From positions 1,703 to 65,702 of the forward strand of contig VGGL01000002.1 in the NCBI GenBank assembly GCA_016868575.1: a DNA stretch of 64,000 nt. The letters are read 5' to 3'. The notes under the pieces are model-generated. The model was not told the origin of the DNA. It was given only the letters and a program-made list of their open reading frames with translations, and did not search any database. Positions within the stretch are counted from its first letter, which is position 1. Each line of letters starts with the position of its first letter. A program made the translations under genes and the position numbers. Below are positions 42,638 to 51,267 of this stretch, piece by piece. Source of the DNA: Bacteroidota bacterium (GTDB lineage: Bacteria; Bacteroidota; Bacteroidia; Bacteroidales; FEN-979).

Positions 42638-42645
42638 CAAATATA
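42638..42645 (-). promoter_or_regulatory. -7 promoter box TATATTTG for the Rrf2/oxidase-like operon
   Basis: The reverse complement of caaatata matches exactly, 30 nt upstream of the ATG at 42608. Confidence 0.45.
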
Positions 42646-42687
42646 TCACTTTTTTTAAAAGACAAGAAAAAAATAAAAAAATCTGAA

Positions 42688-43164
42688 TTATTTAATTGCT
42701 CTCAGGGTTGCACGCTGAAAACCATCAGCCGCCATCTTAGGATACAAATTCTCGATCTCCACCCTGCATGTCCCTTGCTTTTCCATGTACAGCTTTTTTT
42801 GCAATACCAGCTCCAGCTTGCATTGCTCCCCTTCGCACTTCCGGATTTGCTGCCTGACCTCCCGGCCCGAAAAGAACAATTCATGTTCCTGAATCCGCTC
42901 TTCCCCGTCCGGGGTAAGGATGATTACATGGATCGGCAGAATATCCATCTCGATTTCCCTCAAATAGTCTAACTCGAGAATCAGGTCATAGGAACCGTCT
43001 CCCTGAATTGGAATCTCAAAATTCAATTTGCGGAACCGATCCCAGGATCCCTGCTCAAAAACAACCTCTTGTCTGAATACCTCCTTTCTGCCACATCCTG
43101 AAAAGAGCAGGAGGAATAGCACCCCTATCGAGAGAAATGAATATCTGTGCATGACTTTTTTCAT
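42688..43164 (-). CDS. Lipoprotein (tentatively GldH-like)
   Basis: MKKVMHRYSFLSIGVLFLLLFSGC lipobox. Size and pattern (W..F..L.F......YDL.L.L...) are reminiscent of GldH but unverified. The start overlaps the kinase stop (ATGA). Confidence 0.6.
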   Translation of the reverse strand: MKKVMHRYSFLSIGVLFLLLFSGCGRKEVFRQEVVFEQGSWDRFRKLNFEIPIQGDGSYDLILELDYLREIEMDILPIHVIILTPDGEERIQEHELFFSGREVRQQIRKCEGEQCKLELVLQKKLYMEKQGTCRVEIENLYPKMAADGFQRATLRAIK

Positions 43165-46100
43165 TGGTTTTTCTTTTCCTGGTACGCCGGAATTCTAACG
43201 GCAAACACACATCCCCGGGAAGATGATTCTTCCAGGGAAACCGTTCCTCCCATACTGTGTAAAATACTCCTCACAATGGCAAGGCCCAAACCGGTGCCCC
43301 CTGATTTAGTGGTAAAGTTTGGCATAAAGACTTTTGTCATCAACGCTGCGGGCACACCGGGTCCATTATCCCGGATTCTGATCTCATGCATCGCCGACCC
43401 TGGGATCATTAGGATCCGGATGTGTCCGTCAGGCTGACCGGTCAAAGCTTCCAGAGAATTGTTAATCAGGTTATTGAGTACCCGCATCACCTGGTTACGG
43501 TCAGCATAAATCCACGCCGGAATATCTGTTTCTTTACTGAATTCCAGCCGAATGTGCTTGAGCCCTGTATATAAATCCAGCGTTTGACGTATCACCTCAT
43601 CCAGCAAAATGGGCTGATTTTTGGTCTGGGGCATTTTGGCAAAGTCAGAAAATTCTCCGGCGATAGCGGTCAGGGAATCGATCTGTTCAATGATGGTACA
43701 AGTGAGTTTTTCCAACTTTTCAGGATAGCCCGGATCGTTTTCCTGCCAAGCTTTTCGCAAGAGCTGGACACTGAGTTTCATCGGTGTCAGCGGGTTCTTG
43801 ATCTCATGGGCCACCTGCATGGCCATCTCCCGCCAGGCACTTTCCCGTTCCGATGCCGCTAACCGTTCAGCGCTTAACGTCAATTCATCCACCAGCTTGT
43901 TGTACTCAGTAATCAGATTCCCAATCTCATCCGGATGTTTCCACTCAATTTTTTCATTCACATTGCCCAGCCGGAAAGAACCGATCTTCTCCTGCAGTAT
44001 TCGCAAGGGCCTTGTGAGATACCTGGAAATCAGCAATGTGAGAAACAACACCATTCCCAGAAGAATGAGATAGACATTGATGTAGGCTACCAGGAATACA
44101 AAGACCTCTTTCCGCATTTGGTCCTGACGGGCAAAATAGGGAAGGTTCAGGTAAGCGATCACATTCCCGTCGTTGTTGATCAGGGGAAGGTATGCCGACA
44201 AATAGGCATATCTCCCAATTTGTTCCTCCTGAATGTATTGCATTTTCTTCTGATCTCGTAAATGACCCAAAGCCACCGGATCAAGAAGCCCTGAAATCAA
44301 TCCCTCATCAAAGATCTGTTGCCGTGAAGAGGCCAGCAAATATCCCCCTGGATTATACAAGTTTATATCGGAGAAAAAGACATTGGAAAACTTGACCAGT
44401 AACCCTTCCAGGTAATCGTGCATCGAAGGATCCAGCACCTGTTTGTCAGCCAGTTTGTGCTGCAGTTCAATGAGGATGGAATGGGATTTTTCCGATAAAT
44501 TCTCTTTGTTCTTGTTTTGATTGACCTGGTAAAAATAAACGATTGAGCCGATCCCGATCAGGAAAAAAGAGAAGATCATCACCCCCGTTAAGACGGCCTG
44601 GAAACGTTCACGAAAAGTGAGTTGAACCGGTAGTTTTACGATCTGCCTGAACCGGATCAAAAGCAGGAATAGAAATGAGAGCAAGGCATAGAAAACAGAC
44701 AGATAGGAAAAGGGAGCCGCTACCGACATCAGGCTCTCTTTCTTCCTGCTAACCAGTACCTCGGTATTTCCAAAACGGGTATAAAAATGCCGGACATCAT
44801 CCAATGTGAAAACACCGGAATTTCCTTCAGGCAAAGGATATACGGAACATTTATAAGCATAGGCCACCAACCCGTACCGGCGCATCAGCTCACCGTCTTT
44901 GTAAACCGCGTAAGCGTAATTGCCAATATCCGGGATAAAAGCCTGCCGGCGATCCACCAGGAGTTCGGGGTAGCCCAGATCTTTGGGAGTAAACCGGTAA
45001 TTCAATTCCAGGATGAGGGTAACTTTTCCACCTCCAAAACGGAACATGCTCAGGTAGTTGATCTGCCCATTCCCGTAATCCATGAAATAGAGGTCTTCCG
45101 TGGCAGTCTTTTCCCCGAACTGTCCAACCAGGGAATTGAAATAATCTTCACAGGGAACCAGGGTATCAAGAGGGCGGATGTTCAGCAGCTCATTGGGATT
45201 GCACAAGGTTGCGGTGATATCGTAGCGGTTCCAGGTGCCGAAAAAATAGTTCTCATTAAGGTATTCCTGTAGGTTTTCACGGTTGAAGTTGGTCTCCTTT
45301 AAAGCAAACTTCATAATCCTCGAAGAATCATTCAGCAACTGTTCTTTCAGGTCAGTGAACATCAGTTCAGTCAGTGGATCCCGTTCGGCCATCACCTTGA
45401 GCGCCAATAATTCCTGTCTTTCTCGCTCCTCCTTGTTCAGACTGCCCCGCATCACAAGCGTTGAAAACAGGGCAAACAGCAAGATATAAAACCCCGATTG
45501 CGATAAAGAAATGGATTGCCCCTTTTGCCTCATAAACATCAGGGCAAACAACATGAAAAACAAACAGAAGACCGAAGGAATAAGACTGTCAGAAACATCA
45601 TCATCAATGAAATAAGCGGATAATATCGCAGAAACCAGGATAAGCAGGATGATCAAATAGGGATTGTGAGAAAGATGCTCAATCCAGCGGATCAACTTTA
45701 ATCCAACCAGCACAAATGATAAAAGAAGAAGGCCAATCACTGCGTAGGTAATGGCGGTAAGCCAGGAAACAGCAGGGATATCGTTGAGGTTTAGTGTTAT
45801 TCCGGAATTCAACACAAGTGCCTGGATCAACCAGGTAAGTCCGTGGAAAGTGATGAAAAGGAACAGGACCAAAATCCAGGTGATGATAACCTCCCGGGCT
45901 TTATTTTTCAACTTTCCGGGATCATTTCGGGTCCACCGGAAAAAGGCATAACAGAAGGCTAAAAGGAACAAGACGTGTAGCAAAAGATCGCCGAGAGAAG
46001 GTATCCATGCGGAGATTGCAATGCCTGCCGGAGAAAACAAGGAGCTGTCAAACAAGCCAGCCGGAAATTTCAGCCACGCCAGAATCAACCGGAGAATCAC

Positions 46101-46844
46101 AAGGTCCAGAAAAAACATCAACAGAAACAGGGATGTGCGGGAGAAGTACTTTCTGAATTTGATATAAAGCTGGTAGCCGGCTGAAAGCAATAGGATCAAC
46201 CCCAACAGATCGAGGAGAGCCATGAATGTCAACACCCGGGATGGGGTTTCCGGTTTCCGGGGTAAGGAATAGGAAAAAAGAAAGCCGCCTGTTGCACTGA
46301 GAATATTGTATTTCCCCCTTTCTCCGGAAATTTCAATCCCTGACACATCAGGTAATCCTCTTCCCATTTTCGTTTCCAGAAAGTCATTTTGATATCTGTA
46401 TTGTTGCCTGATCTGATACAAGCCCAGGAATGTTTCTGAACCGTTTTTCAACACCTCCTGCCGATACACGCCATTACGGTAAAAGGTAACCGGCAGCAGC
46501 AAGGAGGTATCGGAAATGACCAGCGGGACGGGAACCGAGGCGCTGTTCCAGGCTTGCAGGCTATCGTCCCGGTAAAGAAATAGCATGATCTCCCTGTCAT
46601 CCCTGTCGGAATTTTCGAATATCGGGGAGATCGTTTTGATACCCTTTTCATCAGCCAAAGAAGAAATCTCAATGAGCCGTTCATGCAGCATCCGGTCATA
46701 TTCCAGGATTGCTTGCTGAAGCCGCTGATGATAATGTACCGGATCGGCTGTTTTCCGTGAAAGATAACCTGTCAGATAAGAGGAAAAGAAGAGGACTGCT
46801 GCAAGAAGAAACAGCCAAAAGACGGTATGACGGATGAGATGCAT
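43161..46844 (-). CDS. Very large polytopic sensor histidine kinase (about 1227 aa)
   Basis: N-terminal TM, a multi-TM block, a second extracytoplasmic region, HAMP-like linker, H-box AHEIKNPLTPM, and HATPase (NNSLEA, DNGPGV, GTGLGL). The start at 46844 is chosen because the longer ORF runs into tRNA-Val. Confidence 0.85.
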   Translation of the reverse strand: MHLIRHTVFWLFLLAAVLFFSSYLTGYLSRKTADPVHYHQRLQQAILEYDRMLHERLIEISSLADEKGIKTISPIFENSDRDDREIMLFLYRDDSLQAWNSASVPVPLVISDTSLLLPVTFYRNGVYRQEVLKNGSETFLGLYQIRQQYRYQNDFLETKMGRGLPDVSGIEISGERGKYNILSATGGFLFSYSLPRKPETPSRVLTFMALLDLLGLILLLSAGYQLYIKFRKYFSRTSLFLLMFFLDLVILRLILAWLKFPAGLFDSSLFSPAGIAISAWIPSLGDLLLHVLFLLAFCYAFFRWTRNDPGKLKNKAREVIITWILVLFLFITFHGLTWLIQALVLNSGITLNLNDIPAVSWLTAITYAVIGLLLLSFVLVGLKLIRWIEHLSHNPYLIILLILVSAILSAYFIDDDVSDSLIPSVFCLFFMLFALMFMRQKGQSISLSQSGFYILLFALFSTLVMRGSLNKEERERQELLALKVMAERDPLTELMFTDLKEQLLNDSSRIMKFALKETNFNRENLQEYLNENYFFGTWNRYDITATLCNPNELLNIRPLDTLVPCEDYFNSLVGQFGEKTATEDLYFMDYGNGQINYLSMFRFGGGKVTLILELNYRFTPKDLGYPELLVDRRQAFIPDIGNYAYAVYKDGELMRRYGLVAYAYKCSVYPLPEGNSGVFTLDDVRHFYTRFGNTEVLVSRKKESLMSVAAPFSYLSVFYALLSFLFLLLIRFRQIVKLPVQLTFRERFQAVLTGVMIFSFFLIGIGSIVYFYQVNQNKNKENLSEKSHSILIELQHKLADKQVLDPSMHDYLEGLLVKFSNVFFSDINLYNPGGYLLASSRQQIFDEGLISGLLDPVALGHLRDQKKMQYIQEEQIGRYAYLSAYLPLINNDGNVIAYLNLPYFARQDQMRKEVFVFLVAYINVYLILLGMVLFLTLLISRYLTRPLRILQEKIGSFRLGNVNEKIEWKHPDEIGNLITEYNKLVDELTLSAERLAASERESAWREMAMQVAHEIKNPLTPMKLSVQLLRKAWQENDPGYPEKLEKLTCTIIEQIDSLTAIAGEFSDFAKMPQTKNQPILLDEVIRQTLDLYTGLKHIRLEFSKETDIPAWIYADRNQVMRVLNNLINNSLEALTGQPDGHIRILMIPGSAMHEIRIRDNGPGVPAALMTKVFMPNFTTKSGGTGLGLAIVRSILHSMGGTVSLEESSSRGCVFAVRIPAYQEKKNQ

Positions 46845-46894
46845 AGGATTCCTTCGGTACGGGCTGCCATTTCTCTTGCTTCCTCCCCCGGGAG

Positions 46895-46969
46895 TGGGAC
46901 GTGCAGGATTCGAACCAGCGACCTCATGCGTGTGAAGCATGCGCTCTGAACCGACTGAGCTAACGTCCC
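46895..46969 (-). tRNA. tRNA-Val (anticodon CAC)
   Basis: GGGACGT TA GCTC AGTCGGTTCA GAGC G CATGC TTCACAC GCATG AGGTC GCTGG TTCGAAT CCTGC ACGTCCC A. There is one U-U pair in the T stem. Confidence 0.85.
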
Positions 46970-46983
46970 CTTAATGACATCTA

Positions 46984-46991
46984 CAAAATTA
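46984..46991 (-). promoter_or_regulatory. -7 promoter box TAATTTTG for tRNA-Val
   Basis: The reverse complement of caaaatta matches exactly, 14 nt upstream of the tRNA 5' end. Confidence 0.5.
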
Positions 46992-47246
46992 ATATGTTTT
47001 TCAACATACCCATTAGCAGTATTACCAATTATGTTTCACCGTGTTGTCATTGCGAGCCGCAATGCGGCGTGGCAATGGCGAGCTCCCTGACTTTTTGACT
47101 CTGCCAACCTATTCACCTGAAAACCAACCAATTAAACAACAACCCATTTATAGCCCCGCCATTAAATGATCTCCTCCAAATCAACATTTGGTACTAAAAA
47201 GGGCTTAGGATAGCTTATGTCGTTTGTAAGGGGCTAAATTTGGTCT

Positions 47247-48146
47247 TTAGCCTTTCGGGGAGGTTTTCTTTTGCAGCATGTAAATCAGGCTGGAATAATT
47301 TTGATCGTTCCTGCGTCCTCTTCGGTTGGAATGCAGTCCATTTTTGATAGCCCGAAGAAAATCACTTTTTCCTGATTGATGTTTTTCACTCAACAGCGAA
47401 ATATAATACGCATCAAATTTCATGGGGATGATCCCGGAGATCTTCCATCCCGCATTTTCGACAAAAAGTCGAAAGGTGGACGGAGAAAAGTGGTGGAGAT
47501 GCCGGGGGAGGTCATAGGCTGCCCAATGTTTCTTATATATCCGGGCATCTTCCGAGGCGATGTTCGGCAAGGCAATAAAGAGCTTCCCGTCGTCATGCAG
47601 TAGATGACTCAACCTGATCATCAGTGCCCGCGCATCAGGTATATGTTCCAGCACATGCCAAAGGGTGATGACATCCAGAGTATCCGGTTGAAAGTTCCAA
47701 TCATCCAATGTGTATTTCACCTCAACCCGGTTTTTTTCATTGGCGTGGTTTCTCGCTTTTTCATTTGGTTCCACGCCAAATGTTTTCCATCTGTGGCGTT
47801 TGAAGTGAGCTAGAAGGTCCCCGGTTCCGCACCCGATATCCAATATTGTGTTACCCCATACAGCCCGATTGACGATCTTGAATTTATGGCGAATGTTCAT
47901 TTTTCTGACCAGCCGATAGATCAATTGGATGGGAGAAAATCCTGCCGATGTATGTGAATGATAATCTTCGGAAAGATAATACCGGGTTAGATCTGATGCT
48001 TCGGGCCTGGGATTTAAAAACACGAAACCACATGTGCAACACTTAACTAGCTGAAATGGTTCCCCGGTTACCAGAAAGTCCATGCACTGAAGATAGGCTT
48101 CTGTCTTCTCTCCGTTACAAACCATGCATCGATGAACTTGTTCCAT
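47247..48146 (-). CDS. Class I SAM-dependent methyltransferase with an N-terminal zinc-ribbon
   Basis: CMVCNGEK...CCTCGF four-Cys ribbon, followed by ILDIGCGTGDL motif I. Confidence 0.8.
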   Translation of the reverse strand: MEQVHRCMVCNGEKTEAYLQCMDFLVTGEPFQLVKCCTCGFVFLNPRPEASDLTRYYLSEDYHSHTSAGFSPIQLIYRLVRKMNIRHKFKIVNRAVWGNTILDIGCGTGDLLAHFKRHRWKTFGVEPNEKARNHANEKNRVEVKYTLDDWNFQPDTLDVITLWHVLEHIPDARALMIRLSHLLHDDGKLFIALPNIASEDARIYKKHWAAYDLPRHLHHFSPSTFRLFVENAGWKISGIIPMKFDAYYISLLSEKHQSGKSDFLRAIKNGLHSNRRGRRNDQNYSSLIYMLQKKTSPKG

Positions 48147-48152
48147 GTTATC

Positions 48153-48169
48153 GTTCCACGTGAAACATT
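48153..48169. repeat. 17-nt GTTCCACGTGAAACATT, exact inverted partner of 50045-50061
   Basis: It sits in the 21-nt spacer between the mnmG stop and the methyltransferase ATG and overlaps the stop by 2 nt. Confidence 0.9.
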
Positions 48170-50039
48170 ATCGGCTTATATAAACGATCAGAACCGAGAT
48201 ATCGGCAGGGGAAACACCCGGAATCCTGGAAGCCTGACCGATGGTTCGTGGCTTGATCCGGCTCAGTTTTTCCCTGGCCTCAAAAGAGATAGATGTGAGC
48301 TGCTGATAGTCAAAATCATCCTTCAGTACCAGGTCCTCAAACTTTGTGAGCTTGTCAGCCATCTCTTGTTCTTTGATGATGTAAGTCTCATATTTCACCA
48401 GGATCTCCATTTTCTCCAGTGATTCTTTATCTGAAATGCCAAACGAGCGGATCTTTGAAGAGGCATTGGGGAGCACCTCCAGCAAACCCTGTAGACTCAC
48501 CTCTGGGCGAAGAAGAATCTGGAATATTTTTATCTTTTGGCTAATGGGAGCACTTTTGATGGTTTCCAGGTGTGGGTTGATCTGTTCCGGGGATACCGAT
48601 TCTCCTTTCATCCATTTAACAACCTCATCAATTTGTTCCTGCTTATGCAACACCTGTTCGTTTCTTTCCTTCGAAATCAATCCCAGGTCAAAACCTTTAG
48701 GGGTTAATCTGAAATCAGCGTTATCCTGGCGGAGGAGGATCCGGAATTCTGCCCGGGAAGTGAACATCCGGTAGGGTTCGTCAACGCCTTTGGTGACCAG
48801 GTCATCGATGAGTACACCGATATATGCTTCTGAGCGTTTGAGAACAAACTCATTCCCCTTATGCAATTTCAGGTGGGCATTGATCCCGGCCATCAGACCC
48901 TGGGCGGCGGCTTCTTCATATCCCGTTGTTCCATTGATCTGGCCGGCGAAATACAGGCGCTCCACAATTTTCGTTTCCAATGTTGGCAACAACTGAACCG
49001 GTGGGAAATAATCATATTCAATGGCATATCCCGGTCTGAATATCCGGGCATGCTCAAACCCTTTGATCTTTCGCAAAGCTTCATATTGAATATCCTCAGG
49101 CAAGGAGGAAGAAAAACCATTCAGATAGTATTCGGCCGTATTCCAGCCTTCCGGTTCCACAAAAAGCTGGTGGCGGTCGCGGTGGGAGAACCGTTCAATT
49201 TTATCTTCGATGGAAGGGCAATAACGGGGCCCACGACCTTTGATCCTGCCCGTAAACAACGGTGATTTATCAAAACCTTTCCGAAGTACGTCATGCACAT
49301 CCGGATCGGTATAGGCTACATAACAACTACGCTGACGCAGCAACGGTGGGGTATCGGTATAAGAGAATTTTCCCGGTTGTTCATCTCCTTTTTGTTCTTC
49401 CAGCCTGGAGAAATCAATGCTTCTTCCATCCACCCTGACCGGGGTTCCGGTTTTCATACGGGCATGTTCAAAGCCAAGTTCGTTCAGGTTTTCTGTCAAA
49501 TGAAAAGCGGATGATTCACCTATTCTTCCCCCTGAAAATGTTTTTTCTCCAATGTGAATGGTACCGTTTAAAAAGGTTCCATTGGTCAGGATCAGGGCAT
49601 CAGCATCGATCTCCATTCTCAAAGCCGTAAATACACCAACTACTTTCCCTTCGTTGCAGCGAATGCCGGTAACCAGATCCTGCCAGAAGTCCAGGTTCGG
49701 GATACTTTCAAGTAATTCTCTCCATTTCTCTGAAAACCGCATCCTGTCACTCTGTGCCCTTGGGCTCCACATAGCAGGACCCTTTGACCGGTTCAGCATC
49801 CGGAATTGGATCATTGTATGATCGGTGACGATACCACTTAATCCACCCAACGCATCAATTTCCCGCACAATTTGTCCTTTGGCTATTCCTCCCATAGATG
49901 GATTACAAGACATCTGCGCCATGTTGGTCATGCTCATCGTGATCAGCAGCACCGATGAGCCCATCCGGGCTGCAGCAGCTGCAGCTTCACATCCGGCGTG
50001 GCCGGCACCGACTACGATGATGTCATACTTCTTAAACAT
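48168..50039 (-). CDS. mnmG: tRNA uridine 5-carboxymethylaminomethyl modification enzyme MnmG (GidA)
   Basis: N-terminal YDIIVVGAGHAGCEAA FAD motif. Full-length 623 aa. Confidence 0.97.
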   Translation of the reverse strand: MFKKYDIIVVGAGHAGCEAAAAAARMGSSVLLITMSMTNMAQMSCNPSMGGIAKGQIVREIDALGGLSGIVTDHTMIQFRMLNRSKGPAMWSPRAQSDRMRFSEKWRELLESIPNLDFWQDLVTGIRCNEGKVVGVFTALRMEIDADALILTNGTFLNGTIHIGEKTFSGGRIGESSAFHLTENLNELGFEHARMKTGTPVRVDGRSIDFSRLEEQKGDEQPGKFSYTDTPPLLRQRSCYVAYTDPDVHDVLRKGFDKSPLFTGRIKGRGPRYCPSIEDKIERFSHRDRHQLFVEPEGWNTAEYYLNGFSSSLPEDIQYEALRKIKGFEHARIFRPGYAIEYDYFPPVQLLPTLETKIVERLYFAGQINGTTGYEEAAAQGLMAGINAHLKLHKGNEFVLKRSEAYIGVLIDDLVTKGVDEPYRMFTSRAEFRILLRQDNADFRLTPKGFDLGLISKERNEQVLHKQEQIDEVVKWMKGESVSPEQINPHLETIKSAPISQKIKIFQILLRPEVSLQGLLEVLPNASSKIRSFGISDKESLEKMEILVKYETYIIKEQEMADKLTKFEDLVLKDDFDYQQLTSISFEAREKLSRIKPRTIGQASRIPGVSPADISVLIVYISR

Positions 50040-50044
50040 CTACG

Positions 50045-50061
50045 AATGTTTCACGTGGAAC
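50045..50061. repeat. 17-nt AATGTTTCACGTGGAAC, the reverse complement of 48153-48169
   Basis: 5 nt upstream of the mnmG ATG. Confidence 0.9.
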
Positions 50062-50195
50062 ACTGATGTAAAAAACATATAACTCATTATATAACAAGCA
50101 ATTGTGATTCGTTTCCGCATATTGAATCATCAAAATTAAGAAAACCACATTAACCGGGTGGAATTAACCCTCCTAAATAGAAAAAGAAAGGTTGA

Positions 50196-50633
50196 TTATC
50201 TGTTTGGAAGGAGCGCAAGATAATAATTCTCTTTCCGAGTCATTAACACCTTGTCTTTCTTGGTTTTATCCTTGTATCCGATGATATGAAGGATCCCGTG
50301 GGCCATGACGCGGTGCAGTTCATCCTGGAAATTGGTCTTGTATTTTTCTGCGTTTTCCCGAACACTTGGAACGCTGATGAAAATGTCGGCAGAGACATAC
50401 CCTTCCTCATCTGAATTGTTAAAGGCGATGACATCTGTCAGGGTATCACTCTTGAGGTATTTCTGGTTTAACTCAAGGAGGTATTCATCATCACAAAAAA
50501 TGAAGTTGATGCTTCCGGGGATCTTGTCTTCAAACAAGGCGATGCTTTTCAACCAGTTGCGAAGCGTCTCGCGCCCCCTGATGGCAAAAGTAACCTGCTC
50601 CTTGAAGAAGTATATTTGCCCGGGACCCTTCAT
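50196..50633 (-). CDS. ybeY: rRNA maturation endoribonuclease YbeY
   Basis: HRVMAHGILHIIGY zinc-binding H..H.....H motif. Confidence 0.9.
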   Translation of the reverse strand: MKGPGQIYFFKEQVTFAIRGRETLRNWLKSIALFEDKIPGSINFIFCDDEYLLELNQKYLKSDTLTDVIAFNNSDEEGYVSADIFISVPSVRENAEKYKTNFQDELHRVMAHGILHIIGYKDKTKKDKVLMTRKENYYLALLPNR

Positions 50634-51127
50634 GTTTGACGATATTTCGATTGAACAACCTGCCGGTCTTTGCTGAAGTATTTTTCCAGTTGATCAATTC
50701 GGATTTTACTTATCTGCCGGTTGATGCCGGATACCTTGAAGAGTATATCAATTCTGTTCCCCTTCTTGTTGAAACGCACCGAATCTCCAAGGCGCCGGAT
50801 CAGGAACAAACCTCTGCCCGGATATTCTCCTTCTGCTGCATCAAGGATATCCGGGATATGTCGAAAATTGAATCCATTGCCCTCATCCTGCACCGAAAAA
50901 ACAAGACCATCAGGTACCGTGTTGAACCGGATCTTGATGGTCTTTTCCGAATCTGATTGATTACCGTGCACCATGGCATTCTGTACCGCTTCGCTTACGG
51001 CGATCAGGATGTTTCCAAAATAGGAGTTGTTGACATTATATTCATCGCAAATCTCTTCAATGAATTTCTCCATTTTCCACATTTCATCGGGCCGGGAGAA
51101 AATCTCTGCGCTGCTGCCTCTTTTCAT
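50630..51127 (-). CDS. RsbW-like ATP-binding protein (anti-sigma regulatory factor/HATPase_c_2 type)
   Basis: AVSEAVQNAMVHGN ... DEGNGF ... GRGLFLIRRL. The start at 51127 (MKRGSS) is preferred. Its stop overlaps the ybeY start by 4 nt. Confidence 0.75.
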   Translation of the reverse strand: MKRGSSAEIFSRPDEMWKMEKFIEEICDEYNVNNSYFGNILIAVSEAVQNAMVHGNQSDSEKTIKIRFNTVPDGLVFSVQDEGNGFNFRHIPDILDAAEGEYPGRGLFLIRRLGDSVRFNKKGNRIDILFKVSGINRQISKIRIDQLEKYFSKDRQVVQSKYRQT

Positions 51128-51267
51128 GGTTCGGGAAGTTTTTTTCGTTATAGTCTTTATACTGAAATAATTCCAATTTGTTTCAAATCGTGGATTGAAA
51201 ATCATAAACAACTGATTAACTGCAAAATGTTTAAGAAAAAGGGTGGGAAGGCCGGCTGCGTGCCGAC

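Noticed and set aside
47151-47160. The 10-nt string TAGCCCCGCC, identical to the 3' end region of tRNA-Arg (39759-39768), as a possible att-site repeat delimiting an island containing the oxidase-like operon
   Set aside because: A 10-mer match is only weakly significant in 128 kb of two-strand sequence. The copy lies on the 5' side of the tRNA, the wrong geometry for integration at a tRNA 3' end. No integrase is present.
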